Source: an uncultured Rhodobacteraceae bacterium
GTDB lineage: Bacteria > Pseudomonadota > Alphaproteobacteria > Rhodobacterales > Rhodobacteraceae
Direction: 5' to 3'
Length of the DNA stretch: 64,000 bases
NCBI GenBank assembly: GCA_947503175.1
Contig: CANNCO010000006.1
Coordinates: forward strand, 62,323-126,322
Positions 1-8,825 of this stretch are shown piece after piece (position 1 is the stretch's first letter; every line of letters begins with the position of its first letter). Under the pieces are notes generated by a model. It had not been told where the DNA came from. It did not search any database and was given only the letters and a program-made list of their open reading frames with translations. Made by a program: the position numbers and the translations under genes.

Positions 1-901
1 CCATCCACCAGCCCTGGAACGCCACTCCCCAGATCATCACCGCGAAGGTCGCCGCGAAAAGAACGAGGATGATCGATTGTGTCGTCGTGAGGCGACCCTC
101 CTGCACCTCGGTATCCGCCGAAAGGAAATGTGCGCGATGCTCTTCGTATTGACGGGCCACGATCGACCGGCTGGGATCTTGCTTAACGCGCGCGGCATAC
201 CGCATCACGTACAGCACGCAGATCAGAAGGCCGCCCCCCAAGAGACCAAGCCGCAAGCCCAGCCCGTCCGTGAACGGGATTGCCGCCGCATTCGAGGCGA
301 TGATGGTCGCAAACGGGTTGATGGTAGAACCCAGAACTCCGATTCCCGCGCCGATCAGAATGATCGCGACCCCCGTGACGGCATCGTAGCCCGCTCGCAG
401 CACCACCGGTATCAGGATCGCGTAGAACGCAATCGTCTCTTCCGCCATGCCATAGGTCGTTCCGCCAAGCGCAAAAAGCGCCATAAGAACCGGGATCATC
501 CAGATCTCCCGACCCTCCACGCGACGCATGGCCGCGCGGATACCCGTATCGATGGCCCCCGTGGCGTTCACAACGCCTAGGAAACCACCCAGAAGAAGGA
601 CAAACAGCGCCACGTCAATCGCGTTCGCGGCATAGCTGTCTGGATCGTAGAAACCCGCGATCGGCGCGAGCAGAACGTCAACCGGACCCTGTGGATTGGC
701 CTCGACCACGGTGTAGGTTCCCGGGACGGCGACCTCGCGGCCCACTTCCTCATTCATCGCGCGATCATACTGGCCCGCCGGAATGATCCAGGTTAGCGCC
801 GCGACGAGAACGATCAGAAGAAACAGGATCGTATAGGCTGTCGGAAAACGAGACCCACCACCCTTTCCGTTCTCTACTGTGGCTGACTGGTTCGCGTTCA
901 T
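1..901 (-). CDS. YfcC family membrane transporter (ArcD-like/C4-dicarboxylate anaerobic carrier family); 3' end runs off the window
   Basis: Manual translation, absent from the ORF track because there is no stop in the window. Gives MNANQSATVENGKGGGSRFPTAYTILFLLIVLVAALTWIIPAGQYDR...FGGTTYGMAEETIAFY-like segment...STINPFATIIAS, typical YfcC motifs. GGAGG RBS upstream of the ATG at 901. Confidence 0.85.
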   Translation of the reverse strand, partial: MNANQSATVENGKGGGSRFPTAYTILFLLIVLVAALTWIIPAGQYDRAMNEEVGREVAVPGTYTVVEANPQGPVDVLLAPIAGFYDPDSYAANAIDVALFVLLLGGFLGVVNATGAIDTGIRAAMRRVEGREIWMIPVLMALFALGGTTYGMAEETIAFYAILIPVVLRAGYDAVTGVAIILIGAGIGVLGSTINPFATIIASNAAAIPFTDGLGLRLGLLGGGLLICVLYVMRYAARVKQDPSRSIVARQYEEHRAHFLSADTEVQEGRLTTTQSIILVLFAATFAVMIWGVAFQGWWM

Positions 902-964
902 TTCGTGTCCTCCAAAGAACCGCATGCTTCATTAATCTCTTACTGAATCACTCAGGTAACAGAG

Positions 965-978
965 TTGAGATTAATCAA
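965..978. promoter_or_regulatory. FNR/FixK-type box TTGAG-ATTA-ATCAA upstream of the YfcC gene
   Basis: One mismatch to TTGAT-N4-ATCAA; centre about 70 bp upstream of the ATG at 901. Confidence 0.7.
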
Positions 979-1254
979 CTCATGTCACGCAATGCGGAAG
1001 AATCGGCCTGCCGTAGAGTGAGCATTAGAGGCGCGACTTACGACAATTGGCGAAGGCGGCTCGGCAGGATCGGACGTTCGCAGTTTTCGGAGCGGCGGGC
1101 CCTCAAACAGGTGGCGCCCATTGCCCGGCAGGCGAAACATAGTTTCGATGAGACGGGATCATGACGTCTTCTGGCCAGAAAGGTTCGCTCGTATCACCGC
1201 CCGGTTTTCGACCGGCGAAGCATGCCGCGTCGCCAGAATCACGGGGTCCCGACC

Positions 1255-2355
1255 CTAGATCCAGAAATTCTCCCGCACCGTTCCCTGCACCGGGCCATCG
1301 GGCGTTTCGATCCGCAACGCGGTGCCCGGGTCCCAATGGGTCATCCGGACCATGCCGATGGCCACCGAGCAGTCGAAATCGGGAGACCACGCGGCAGATG
1401 TGACTTGGCCGATCTTTTTGTCCTTCGCCATGATTGGCCAGGCCCGGTCACAGGTCGGCACACGATCCGATATCTCAATGGCGCGAATCTGGCGGATTGG
1501 TCCGTCTTTTGCGACCCGAAGCAACGCGTCCCGGCCAATGCAGCCAATGGCCGTCTGCGTATTGCAGAACTTTCCCAAACCGCATTCGTGGGGGGTGTTG
1601 TCGCGGGTCATGTCATTGCCGTAGCTGAGCAACCCGCCCTCGATCCGTTCTGCGCCGCTCGGACAGCCAGCGCGGACGTTCAGATCCTCACCGGCCTTGA
1701 AAAGCGCGTTCCAGATCGGCATGCCGAGATCGGTTCCTTCGACGTAGATCTCAAAGCCGCCCTGCTTGGAATAGCCCGAGCGCGCGATCACAACATCACG
1801 ACCTTCAAAGTTGAAAACGCCGAAGCGGAAGAAGCGCAGGTTACGGATGTCGTCGCCAAAGACGCGTGCGGCCAGATCGTCGGACTTCGGTCCCTGGATC
1901 GCCAGTGGGCTGATATCTGGCTCGTCCACCAGCACTTCGAAGCGATAGGCGTTCGCGATCCCCTTTACCCAAAGCAAAAGATCGGAGTCGGCAATGGAAA
2001 TCCAATAGCGATCCTCGCTGATCTTGACCGCGACCGGATCATTCAGCATGCCGCCCGTTTCATCGACAATGGGAACATAGAGGCACTGGCCCGGCAGCAT
2101 TCCCCGCAGGTCGCGCGGTGTCAGCGTTTGCATCAGGCGCGTGGCGTCCGGGCCCCGCAACTCCACTTGGCGTTCGCAGGCCACGTCCCAGACCTGAACA
2201 TGCTTTTTTAGGTGGTGATAGTCGGCCTCCGGACTTTCAAAGTATGTCGGCAGAAGCATGTGGTTGTAGACGGTGTAAGCACCTACGCCCGCGGCCTCTA
2301 CACCTTCGGAGAACGGCGTGCGGCGCAAACGCCGTGAAGGAGAAATCAGGGCCAT
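1255..2355 (-). CDS. dmdA: DMSP demethylase (GcvT family aminomethyltransferase)
   Basis: N-terminus SRRLRRTPFSEGVEAAGV.YTVYNHMLLPT, HVQVWDVACERQV, GGMLNDPVAVK and ARSGYSKQGGFEIY match the roseobacter DmdA sequence as I recall it; the neighbouring dmdB/dmdD support the call. Confidence 0.88.
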   Translation of the reverse strand: MALISPSRRLRRTPFSEGVEAAGVGAYTVYNHMLLPTYFESPEADYHHLKKHVQVWDVACERQVELRGPDATRLMQTLTPRDLRGMLPGQCLYVPIVDETGGMLNDPVAVKISEDRYWISIADSDLLLWVKGIANAYRFEVLVDEPDISPLAIQGPKSDDLAARVFGDDIRNLRFFRFGVFNFEGRDVVIARSGYSKQGGFEIYVEGTDLGMPIWNALFKAGEDLNVRAGCPSGAERIEGGLLSYGNDMTRDNTPHECGLGKFCNTQTAIGCIGRDALLRVAKDGPIRQIRAIEISDRVPTCDRAWPIMAKDKKIGQVTSAAWSPDFDCSVAIGMVRMTHWDPGTALRIETPDGPVQGTVRENFWI

Positions 2356-2360
2356 CGGAG

Positions 2361-3980
2361 CTATCCTTTTGCACGGGCCTGTTGGCGCAACTCGAATTTC
2401 TTGATCTTGCCGGTGGCTGTTTTGGGCAAAGTTCCAAAGACAACCGCCTTGGGTGTCTTGAACCCGGCCAGATGGCCCCGACAGAATGTGATGATGTCTT
2501 CATCGCTGGGTGCCGAGCCATCGCGCAGCTCGACATAAGCGCAAGGGACTTCACCCCATTTGGCGTCGGGTTTGGCAACGACCGCAGCGGCTTGAACGTC
2601 CGGATGGCGATAGAGCACCGCCTCGACCTCGACCGAAGAGATGTTCTCGCCGCCCGAGATGATCACATCCTTCAGACGGTCTCGGATCTGCATATAACCG
2701 TTCTCGTGCACCACAGCCGCGTCGCCGGACCAGAACCAGCCGTCCGCAAACGCCTTGGCGCTCGCCTCTTCGTCCTTGTAGTAGCCCTTCATAACCGTGT
2801 TCGAGCGTATCGCGACCTCACCCTGGGTCGCGCCGTCCATCGGCACGGGATCGCCTGTTTCGCGGTCAAGAACGGCGACATCCTGAACCATCGGAAAAGC
2901 GACCCCCTGATGCGCCTGCAACTCGGCCTGCTCAGATGGCGAAAGAGTATCCCAGTCTTCTTGCCAAAGGCATTGAGAGATATGGCCAAAGGTCTCGGTA
3001 AGCCCATAGACCTGCATGACATCAAGGCCCATCTGTCCTGTCTTTTCAAGAATTGCGGGCGGTGGCGGGGCGCCTGCCGTCATTACGCGGATACGCGGGG
3101 AATAGGGTTCGCTCGGCCCGGACGGGCTTTCCGCAAGCATCTGCAGAACGATCGGGGCGGCACCGAAATGGGTGATGTTCTCTGCCGCGATTTCTTCAAA
3201 GATCCGCTGCGGGACCGGGTCCCGGGTGAACACCATCTTCCCGCCCACCAACGGCAGCATCCACGGGTGACACCAGCCGTTGCAATGAAACATCGGCACG
3301 ATGGACAGGTACGAGACGTAATGCGGCACCTGCCACGCGTTCACCGTGCCCATGGCCATGAGCGCAGCGCCACGATGGTGATAGACGACCCCCTTTGGCC
3401 GACCCGAGGTGCCCGATGTATAATTCAGCGCAAGCGCCTGCCATTCGTCATCGGGCAGCCCGGTGTCACTGAACCCAGGACCATCCAGAAGATCGTCATA
3501 GCCGGACTCGCCCACCGTCCCGGCATCGGGGCCTTGGGCATCCCGGATCGTGATCAGCGGGCGGGTATCGCCGAGGATATCGAACGCGGCATGGACAAGG
3601 CTTGCAAACGTAGTGTCCGCGATCACCAGCTTGGTATCGGCATGGCCAAAGATGTAGGCGATGGTTTCGGCCTCAAGCCGGAAGTTTATCGTGTTCAGAA
3701 CCGCCCCGATCATCGGTACGGCAAAGTGCAGCTCGAACAACTCCGGTATATTCGGACAGATGACGGAAACCGTGTCACCTTTTCCGATGCCGCGGGCTTG
3801 TAACGCGCCCGCGACCGCACGCACCCGCTCTGCGAATGTCTGCCAATCATAGCGAAGGTCGCCATAGACCACGGCGGGGCGCGATCTGTGGACGACGGCG
3901 GCACGGTTCAGATGGGAAACCGGGGAAAGCGGCACGTAGTTTGCCGCATTTGCCGCACTGGCCTCGAAATGGGTTTGCAT
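2361..3980 (-). CDS. dmdB: AMP-dependent acyl-CoA synthetase, probable 3-methylmercaptopropionate-CoA ligase (DmdB-like)
   Basis: YTSGTSGRPKG AMP-binding motif, NYVPLSP N-terminus, RLKDVIISGGENISS; lies 5 bp upstream of dmdA. Substrate is inferred from context. Confidence 0.75.
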   Translation of the reverse strand: MQTHFEASAANAANYVPLSPVSHLNRAAVVHRSRPAVVYGDLRYDWQTFAERVRAVAGALQARGIGKGDTVSVICPNIPELFELHFAVPMIGAVLNTINFRLEAETIAYIFGHADTKLVIADTTFASLVHAAFDILGDTRPLITIRDAQGPDAGTVGESGYDDLLDGPGFSDTGLPDDEWQALALNYTSGTSGRPKGVVYHHRGAALMAMGTVNAWQVPHYVSYLSIVPMFHCNGWCHPWMLPLVGGKMVFTRDPVPQRIFEEIAAENITHFGAAPIVLQMLAESPSGPSEPYSPRIRVMTAGAPPPPAILEKTGQMGLDVMQVYGLTETFGHISQCLWQEDWDTLSPSEQAELQAHQGVAFPMVQDVAVLDRETGDPVPMDGATQGEVAIRSNTVMKGYYKDEEASAKAFADGWFWSGDAAVVHENGYMQIRDRLKDVIISGGENISSVEVEAVLYRHPDVQAAAVVAKPDAKWGEVPCAYVELRDGSAPSDEDIITFCRGHLAGFKTPKAVVFGTLPKTATGKIKKFELRQQARAKG

Positions 3981-4006
3981 GGCGTGCCCTCCTCCGCGAA
4001 AGACGC

Positions 4007-4642
4007 CTACTTGGGTCCATGCCAGTCGATCTGACAGATTTCGGCCGAACGGCCCTCGAAATCCCAGACCCGCCCGAAGGCGCGCAAACGACCCTGATTC
4101 GCCGTGGCAACGGTAATATCGGCGCCCATCCAGTATTGACTGTTGGTGATGACCAGGTCTTTTTCGGGATCTTTGCCTGCGACCGGCACAACCTCGCCCT
4201 TGATCCTCTTGCCAACGGTAATGCGACGCGCCTTGCCCTCGTTCTCATAGGTGATCGGCTGACGCTCATGGCCCAGAAGCTCGGAGACAAGAATGCTGAA
4301 CAGTCCCGTCGTGCCCCGCGCCTTCCCCGACATGATCGTGACGATCGCGTCATAGGCTTCGTCACTGGAACGATCGTCGATGAACAGGGCGACCTTCCAG
4401 TTGCCGCGCGCCATCCGTTCGGGGATCTCGATCATCAGACCGATATTGAGACCCGAAAGGTCCACATCCCCGTATTGGCCCTTGTCGATCCGGATGCCGC
4501 CCCAGGTCTGACAATGCCCTTCGGTGGGCGGGTGCTGGCCCAGAGACACAACGCAAGGGCAAAACACCGTGCAGTTGCAGTTGAGGATTAGTTCCCCCTT
4601 CATCGTCCAGGGAACGGTACCGATCTCGCCATCCAGTGCCAT
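4007..4642 (-). CDS. DUF1326 family Cys-rich protein
   Basis: W.MKGELILNCNCTVFCPC...C motif and GNW.VALFIDDR; start moved to the ATG at 4642 with a GGGAG RBS. Confidence 0.8.
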   Translation of the reverse strand: MALDGEIGTVPWTMKGELILNCNCTVFCPCVVSLGQHPPTEGHCQTWGGIRIDKGQYGDVDLSGLNIGLMIEIPERMARGNWKVALFIDDRSSDEAYDAIVTIMSGKARGTTGLFSILVSELLGHERQPITYENEGKARRITVGKRIKGEVVPVAGKDPEKDLVITNSQYWMGADITVATANQGRLRAFGRVWDFEGRSAEICQIDWHGPK

Positions 4643-4656
4643 GCCGTCTACTCCCG

Positions 4657-5424
4657 CTAAAGTCCTGTGGTTGCCATCCATCCGGCCCCGCCAAGCAGGG
4701 CGTATCCCAGAGGCCGGCTGAGCCAGCGCCCGATCTCGGGCAGTTTCTCAAGTGTCATTATCAGTGTTGCGAGCCCCATGAAGGCGAGGCTCATCACCCC
4801 CCCGACAAAGGCTAAAAGCATCAGCGCCCAGCAGCAGCCAAGGCAGGTCGCACCAAGGCGCAGACCCATGCGCGAGGCGCCTTCGTCCCAATGCTGCATG
4901 TAGAATGTCACCGGCGCGCGGCACTTGCTGAGACATGCCTCTTTCAGCGTCGAGAACTGATATCCCCCCGCGATTGCCAGAAGAAGCATCGAAAGCCAGA
5001 CCGAGCGGCTGTCGCCAAAACCGCTGACCAGATCAAACTGAAATAGCGCCATTTGCAGGCCCGCAGCCAGTAACGAAAATCCTGCCCAGACCGCGATGAA
5101 CCCTGTCGCGAGGTGCGGGAACTCTGTTTTAGCACCTGTCTGGCCGATATCGTCATAGGCGGCAAAGGCGGGCAGCGCTGTGGGAAGCATCATTGCCGTG
5201 CACATCAGAAGCCACATCAGCGCAACGCGGCCGTAGCCCGCCAGATCGGGGGTGACGGTGCAAAGCGCGACCCAGAACTCGGCGCCGAACAGGCGCGAGG
5301 CATTGCGCAACTCCGCTGGGATCGCCATTGCATAAAGGACGACCCACGACGCAAGAATTGCGCCAAACAGCATAAGCCAATGCGCCCCAAGCATGGATCG
5401 GATCCTGTCTGCGAACACCGGCAT
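4657..5424 (-). CDS. DUF2182 family predicted metal-binding integral membrane protein
   Basis: WLLMCTAMMLP, YQFSTLKEACLSKCRAP and CLGCCWALM motifs, several TM segments. The ORF-track start at 5706 overlaps the regulator, so the real start is about 5424 (alternative 5394). Confidence 0.8.
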   Translation of the reverse strand: MPVFADRIRSMLGAHWLMLFGAILASWVVLYAMAIPAELRNASRLFGAEFWVALCTVTPDLAGYGRVALMWLLMCTAMMLPTALPAFAAYDDIGQTGAKTEFPHLATGFIAVWAGFSLLAAGLQMALFQFDLVSGFGDSRSVWLSMLLLAIAGGYQFSTLKEACLSKCRAPVTFYMQHWDEGASRMGLRLGATCLGCCWALMLLAFVGGVMSLAFMGLATLIMTLEKLPEIGRWLSRPLGYALLGGAGWMATTGL

Positions 5425-5445
5425 CTCCCGAGTCAGCGGTTGCAA

Positions 5446-5475
5446 TTTAAATGTCAGACTTTTAAATGTCTGACA
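5446..5475. promoter_or_regulatory. Tandem FadR-type operator sites TTTAAATGTC(A/T)GAC x2 in the divergent promoter
   Basis: 14-bp direct repeats at 5446-5459 and 5461-5474. They also form the inverted repeat TGTCAGAC-N8-GTCTGACA (5452-5475), ending 1 bp before the regulator ATG. Confidence 0.7.
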
Positions 5476-5476
5476 A

Positions 5477-6280
5477 ATGAAAATTGATCCCGAAAACACC
5501 GCGGGCCTCTCGGCCCAGATCGCCGAGGCGATCCGCGGCTCGATTGTATCCGGCGCGCTTATCGTTGACGAACGCCTTCCGTCAGAGGCGGAGCTCGCCG
5601 AACAATTCGAGGTTTCCCGGCCGACGATCCGCGAAGCCCTCAAACGCCTGGCCGCGCAGTCACTGATCCGCACACAACGCGGCGCCTTCGGCGGGGCCTT
5701 CGTCAACCGCCTGTCCTACGAAGATGCCCGCACGCAATTCGTTACGACATCGACACTGCTTCTCAGCATGAACCAAGTGAGTTTCGATACCGCCTGCGAA
5801 GCGCGTTTTGCTCTTGAACGGGCCTGTGCGCCCATGGCTGCCGCGCGCCGGGAACCGGATCAATTGGCGATCATGCGCGCAGAGATTGCACGCCAGAGCG
5901 AACCAAACCTGAGTGACGAGGCATTCTGCGCCTCCGACGTGACCTTTCACCGGGCGCTTGTCGACGGCGCGCAGAATCCGGTGCTGTCCTATCAGCTTTC
6001 CGGTTCCATTGAGGCAATGCAGCCCCTTATGAACATGATTACATTCTCTGCACGGTCCCGCGCCGAGATCGTCGCGATCCACGCCAACATCGCAGGTGCA
6101 TTGGAAAGCCGCGATGGCGAGGCAACGATGTCGCATCTGGAACGGCTTGAGAACTATACCAAAAAACTCGCGCATACCGTCATGGCGGCGAGGCAAAAGG
6201 CGCGTGACGGTAAGGGTTCTGCTACGCTGGCCACGGGCGACCGCACATTGGTTTCTCAGTCCGAGGCCAAGGATACCTGA
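5477..6280 (+). CDS. GntR/FadR family transcriptional regulator (DmdR-like by context)
   Basis: N-terminal w[25 protein letters not shown] plus FCD domain (DVTFHRAL); divergent from the dmd operon. Confidence 0.9.
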   Translation: MKIDPENTAGLSAQIAEAIRGSIVSGALIVDERLPSEAELAEQFEVSRPTIREALKRLAAQSLIRTQRGAFGGAFVNRLSYEDARTQFVTTSTLLLSMNQVSFDTACEARFALERACAPMAAARREPDQLAIMRAEIARQSEPNLSDEAFCASDVTFHRALVDGAQNPVLSYQLSGSIEAMQPLMNMITFSARSRAEIVAIHANIAGALESRDGEATMSHLERLENYTKKLAHTVMAARQKARDGKGSATLATGDRTLVSQSEAKDT

Positions 6281-6357
6281 ACTTGGAGTTAGCGCGACCG
6301 AAACGCTCCGGCTCAAACAACATCGCAAATTCTGTCGCACCAATACGGAGGGACGGC

Positions 6358-7164
6358 ATGTCCATAGAGATCGATATCTCCCACTACAAAAACCTTGCAA
6401 TCGAAGCGCAGGAAGGCGGGGTCTGGATCGTCACTCTGAACCGCCCGGCCAAGCGTAACGCCCTTGATATCGAAACCATCGAAGAGCTGGTTCGGTTCTT
6501 CTCGGATGCCCCGCGGGCAGGCGTCGGGGCCGTCGTGCTGGCCGGCGCCGGTGATCACTTTTGCGCCGGGCTCGATCTGATCGAACACCATGATGCCGAC
6601 AGAAGCCCGGCCGACTTCATGCATGTATGTCTGCGCTGGCATGAGGCCTTCAACAAGATGGAGTACGGCGGCGTTCCCATCATCGCTGCCTTACAAGGTG
6701 CCGTGGTCGGCGGTGGCCTCGAACTGGCTAGTGCGGCACATATCAGGGTCATGGACGAGACCGCCTATGTGGCGTTACCAGAGGGGCAGCGCGGCCTCTT
6801 CACGGGCGGCGGGGCGACAATCCGGGTCACCGATCTGGTCGGCAAGGCCCGCATGATCGACATGATGCTGACCGGACGCGTCTACAAGGGACAGGAAGCG
6901 CTCGATCTCGGTTTTGCACAGTACCTTGTTGACGGGTCGAGCTTTGACGCCGCGGTCGAACTTGCACGGAAGGCCGCGCAGAACCTGCCACTGTCCAACT
7001 TCGCGATCTGCTCTGCCGTGAGCCATATGCAGAACATGTCGGCAATGGATGCCGCCTATGCCGAGGCTGTCGTGGCGGGTGTGGTCAATACCCAGGCCGA
7101 AGCCCGCACCCGACTGGCGGCCTTCGCAGATAAGACAGCGGCACGGGTTCGCCCGACAACCTGA
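6358..7164 (+). CDS. dmdD: Methylthioacryloyl-CoA hydratase (crotonase superfamily)
   Basis: [45 protein letters not shown] and C-terminal [12 protein letters not shown] closely match R. pomeroyi DmdD as recalled. ATG at 6358 with GGAGGG RBS. Confidence 0.88.
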   Translation: MSIEIDISHYKNLAIEAQEGGVWIVTLNRPAKRNALDIETIEELVRFFSDAPRAGVGAVVLAGAGDHFCAGLDLIEHHDADRSPADFMHVCLRWHEAFNKMEYGGVPIIAALQGAVVGGGLELASAAHIRVMDETAYVALPEGQRGLFTGGGATIRVTDLVGKARMIDMMLTGRVYKGQEALDLGFAQYLVDGSSFDAAVELARKAAQNLPLSNFAICSAVSHMQNMSAMDAAYAEAVVAGVVNTQAEARTRLAAFADKTAARVRPTT

Positions 7165-7230
7165 TCGGAATCGCAGGTTCTATTCGCCACGTCGGACCGA
7201 ACGATGCCGGGCCGTGCCTCAGAGCAGTGG

Positions 7231-8073
7231 TCAGCGCCGATCCTGGGACCGCTGCAGCAGATAGCAACCGATCGCATCAAGCGCCGCCCTGATCGGACGT
7301 TCGTTGCGCGCGTCGTGATGTGAGACGAGCCATTGCTCGCTGCGCAGTTCCTCGATCGGATCCGACAGACGCATGAGGCCTGCTATGCGCTCGCCCACAA
7401 ACATCGGCAGCACCACCCGCCCTATCCCAGCCTGCGCGACCGCGGCTGCAAGATGCGGGCTGTTCGCCTTTGTGACGATCCGGTCGCCGTGGCATTCCTG
7501 CACCCAGCGGACCGAGGGTGTCACCGGGGCGCCCCAGGCCGGGCCGATCCAGCCCTCGACATCTTCGTTTGCGGCGTAGACGGCATAGTCCACCCACCCG
7601 ATTTGCCGACGCGCGACCCAGGGCTGATCGGGGCGGCGGTTGCGGATACCGATGTCGACCTCACGACGCGCGATATCGAGATCAAGGTCGCAATACATGA
7701 ACTCGGGCAACCATGGCTCCTCCGGGCTCCAGTATTCCGACAGTCGTTCTGCCAGATCCAGCGCGGTCCAGGTACCCGCAGAGATCCGGACGCAAACAGG
7801 CCCGCTCGCTTCATCCCGCCACATTCCGATCTGCCTTGCCGCGTCCTCCATGCTGCGGGTTTTCTGGGCCAAAGCATGACCATCGCCGGTCAGCGTATAG
7901 CCATCCGCCCCATGCAGGAAAAGCCGCCGTCCAAGAGCTGTCTCGAAGGCCTTCATCCGGCGGCTCAGGGTCGCAGGGCTGACGCCAAGCTCGACCGAGG
8001 CACGCGACAACCCTCCGGCGCGCGCAACCGCCGCGAAATAGGCGAGATCGTTCCAGTCCGTTCCGGTTTTCAT
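7231..8073 (-). CDS. LysR family transcriptional regulator
   Basis: DWNDLAYFAAVARAGGLSRASVELGVSPATLSRRM HTH; start set at the ATG at 8073. Confidence 0.9.
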   Translation of the reverse strand: MKTGTDWNDLAYFAAVARAGGLSRASVELGVSPATLSRRMKAFETALGRRLFLHGADGYTLTGDGHALAQKTRSMEDAARQIGMWRDEASGPVCVRISAGTWTALDLAERLSEYWSPEEPWLPEFMYCDLDLDIARREVDIGIRNRRPDQPWVARRQIGWVDYAVYAANEDVEGWIGPAWGAPVTPSVRWVQECHGDRIVTKANSPHLAAAVAQAGIGRVVLPMFVGERIAGLMRLSDPIEELRSEQWLVSHHDARNERPIRAALDAIGCYLLQRSQDRR

Positions 8074-8157
8074 TTGTGAAAGTCTACATTCGGTTTCCGG
8101 GGCTGAACAGTCTGGGGGCGGCTGTCTACCTCTGGACAAGACCAAAGGAGAGCCCCC

Positions 8158-8412
8158 ATGATGCCCATCATTCGACCCATGCCTAGCCAATGCAGCCTGC
8201 TGACGGAATACAAGAAAGAGCAGGAAATCTTTGCAAAAATGGAAACTGAGTTTCGTGCGCGGAAAAGGATCTTGTCTCGTACGATCCGGCTTCTGGCGTC
8301 TTTGAGGAACCGCGGCCCGCGCCGCCAAGGCGCCGGGTCGGGTTCCGGACCAAAAAGGCGACCGGATCGCGACATGGGCATCCCCAACGACCCTGCACCT
8401 TTGCAGGTCTGA
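8158..8412 (+). CDS. Small basic hypothetical protein divergent from the LysR gene
   Basis: GGAGAG RBS before the ATG; fills an otherwise empty gap; no recognisable domain. Confidence 0.5.
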   Translation: MMPIIRPMPSQCSLLTEYKKEQEIFAKMETEFRARKRILSRTIRLLASLRNRGPRRQGAGSGSGPKRRPDRDMGIPNDPAPLQV

Positions 8413-8540
8413 ACTGCAGCGAACATGAACGTGGCGGTTTGACAGCAGCAGGGTGGGATCAGGCAAAACCCTCTCAGCCCTTTGCAGATCACGCATAAGC
8501 GCCGGACGTCATTCGTGCGTCCGGGGTCAAGTAACTCCAC

Positions 8541-8789
8541 TCACCCGATCTCTTTCAGAAGCCATTCCGCGCGGCTGATCTGTTCGCGCGCAATCTTGAG
8601 TTTACCCGTGAGGCGAACCTGTTTGTTATAGTCGTGGGAAGCCGCAAGCTCCTTGGCAAGCTGGGATTCCTTGCTCCGCAGCTTCTCAAGCACCTTCCGA
8701 ACGTGCTCGGGCTTGATCTTGCGCGCCTGACCGTCGGCAAGTCGTTCGTTGTAATCGCTTACTTTCGCAGCCAGCTTTTCGAATTTCAT
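8541..8789 (-). CDS. Small helical/coiled-coil hypothetical protein (82 aa)
   Basis: Protein-like charged heptad pattern; follows the Na/Pi transporter gene on the same strand. Confidence 0.7.
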   Translation of the reverse strand: MKFEKLAAKVSDYNERLADGQARKIKPEHVRKVLEKLRSKESQLAKELAASHDYNKQVRLTGKLKIAREQISRAEWLLKEIG

Positions 8790-8825
8790 TCACAGGTTCC
8801 CTGCATTGCGGGCATTCGAGGGATC

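Noticed and set aside
77-580. 167-aa plus-strand ORF
   Set aside because: Antisense shadow of the minus-strand YfcC gene, which has clear family motifs.
2118-3803. 561-aa plus-strand ORF, and similar long antisense ORFs (1222-2211, 8634-9572, 19438-20751, 24717-26165, 45066-46133, 47063-48025)
   Set aside because: They lie opposite well-supported genes, have no motifs and are Arg/His/Gly-rich. High-GC codon bias routinely leaves such open antisense frames.
6283-6357. N-terminal extension of dmdD in the ORF track
   Set aside because: Better RBS and homologue length support the ATG at 6358. The same logic was applied to extended starts of several other ORFs (LysRs, nqrA/C/D, tctC, LMW phosphatase, RNase E/G).
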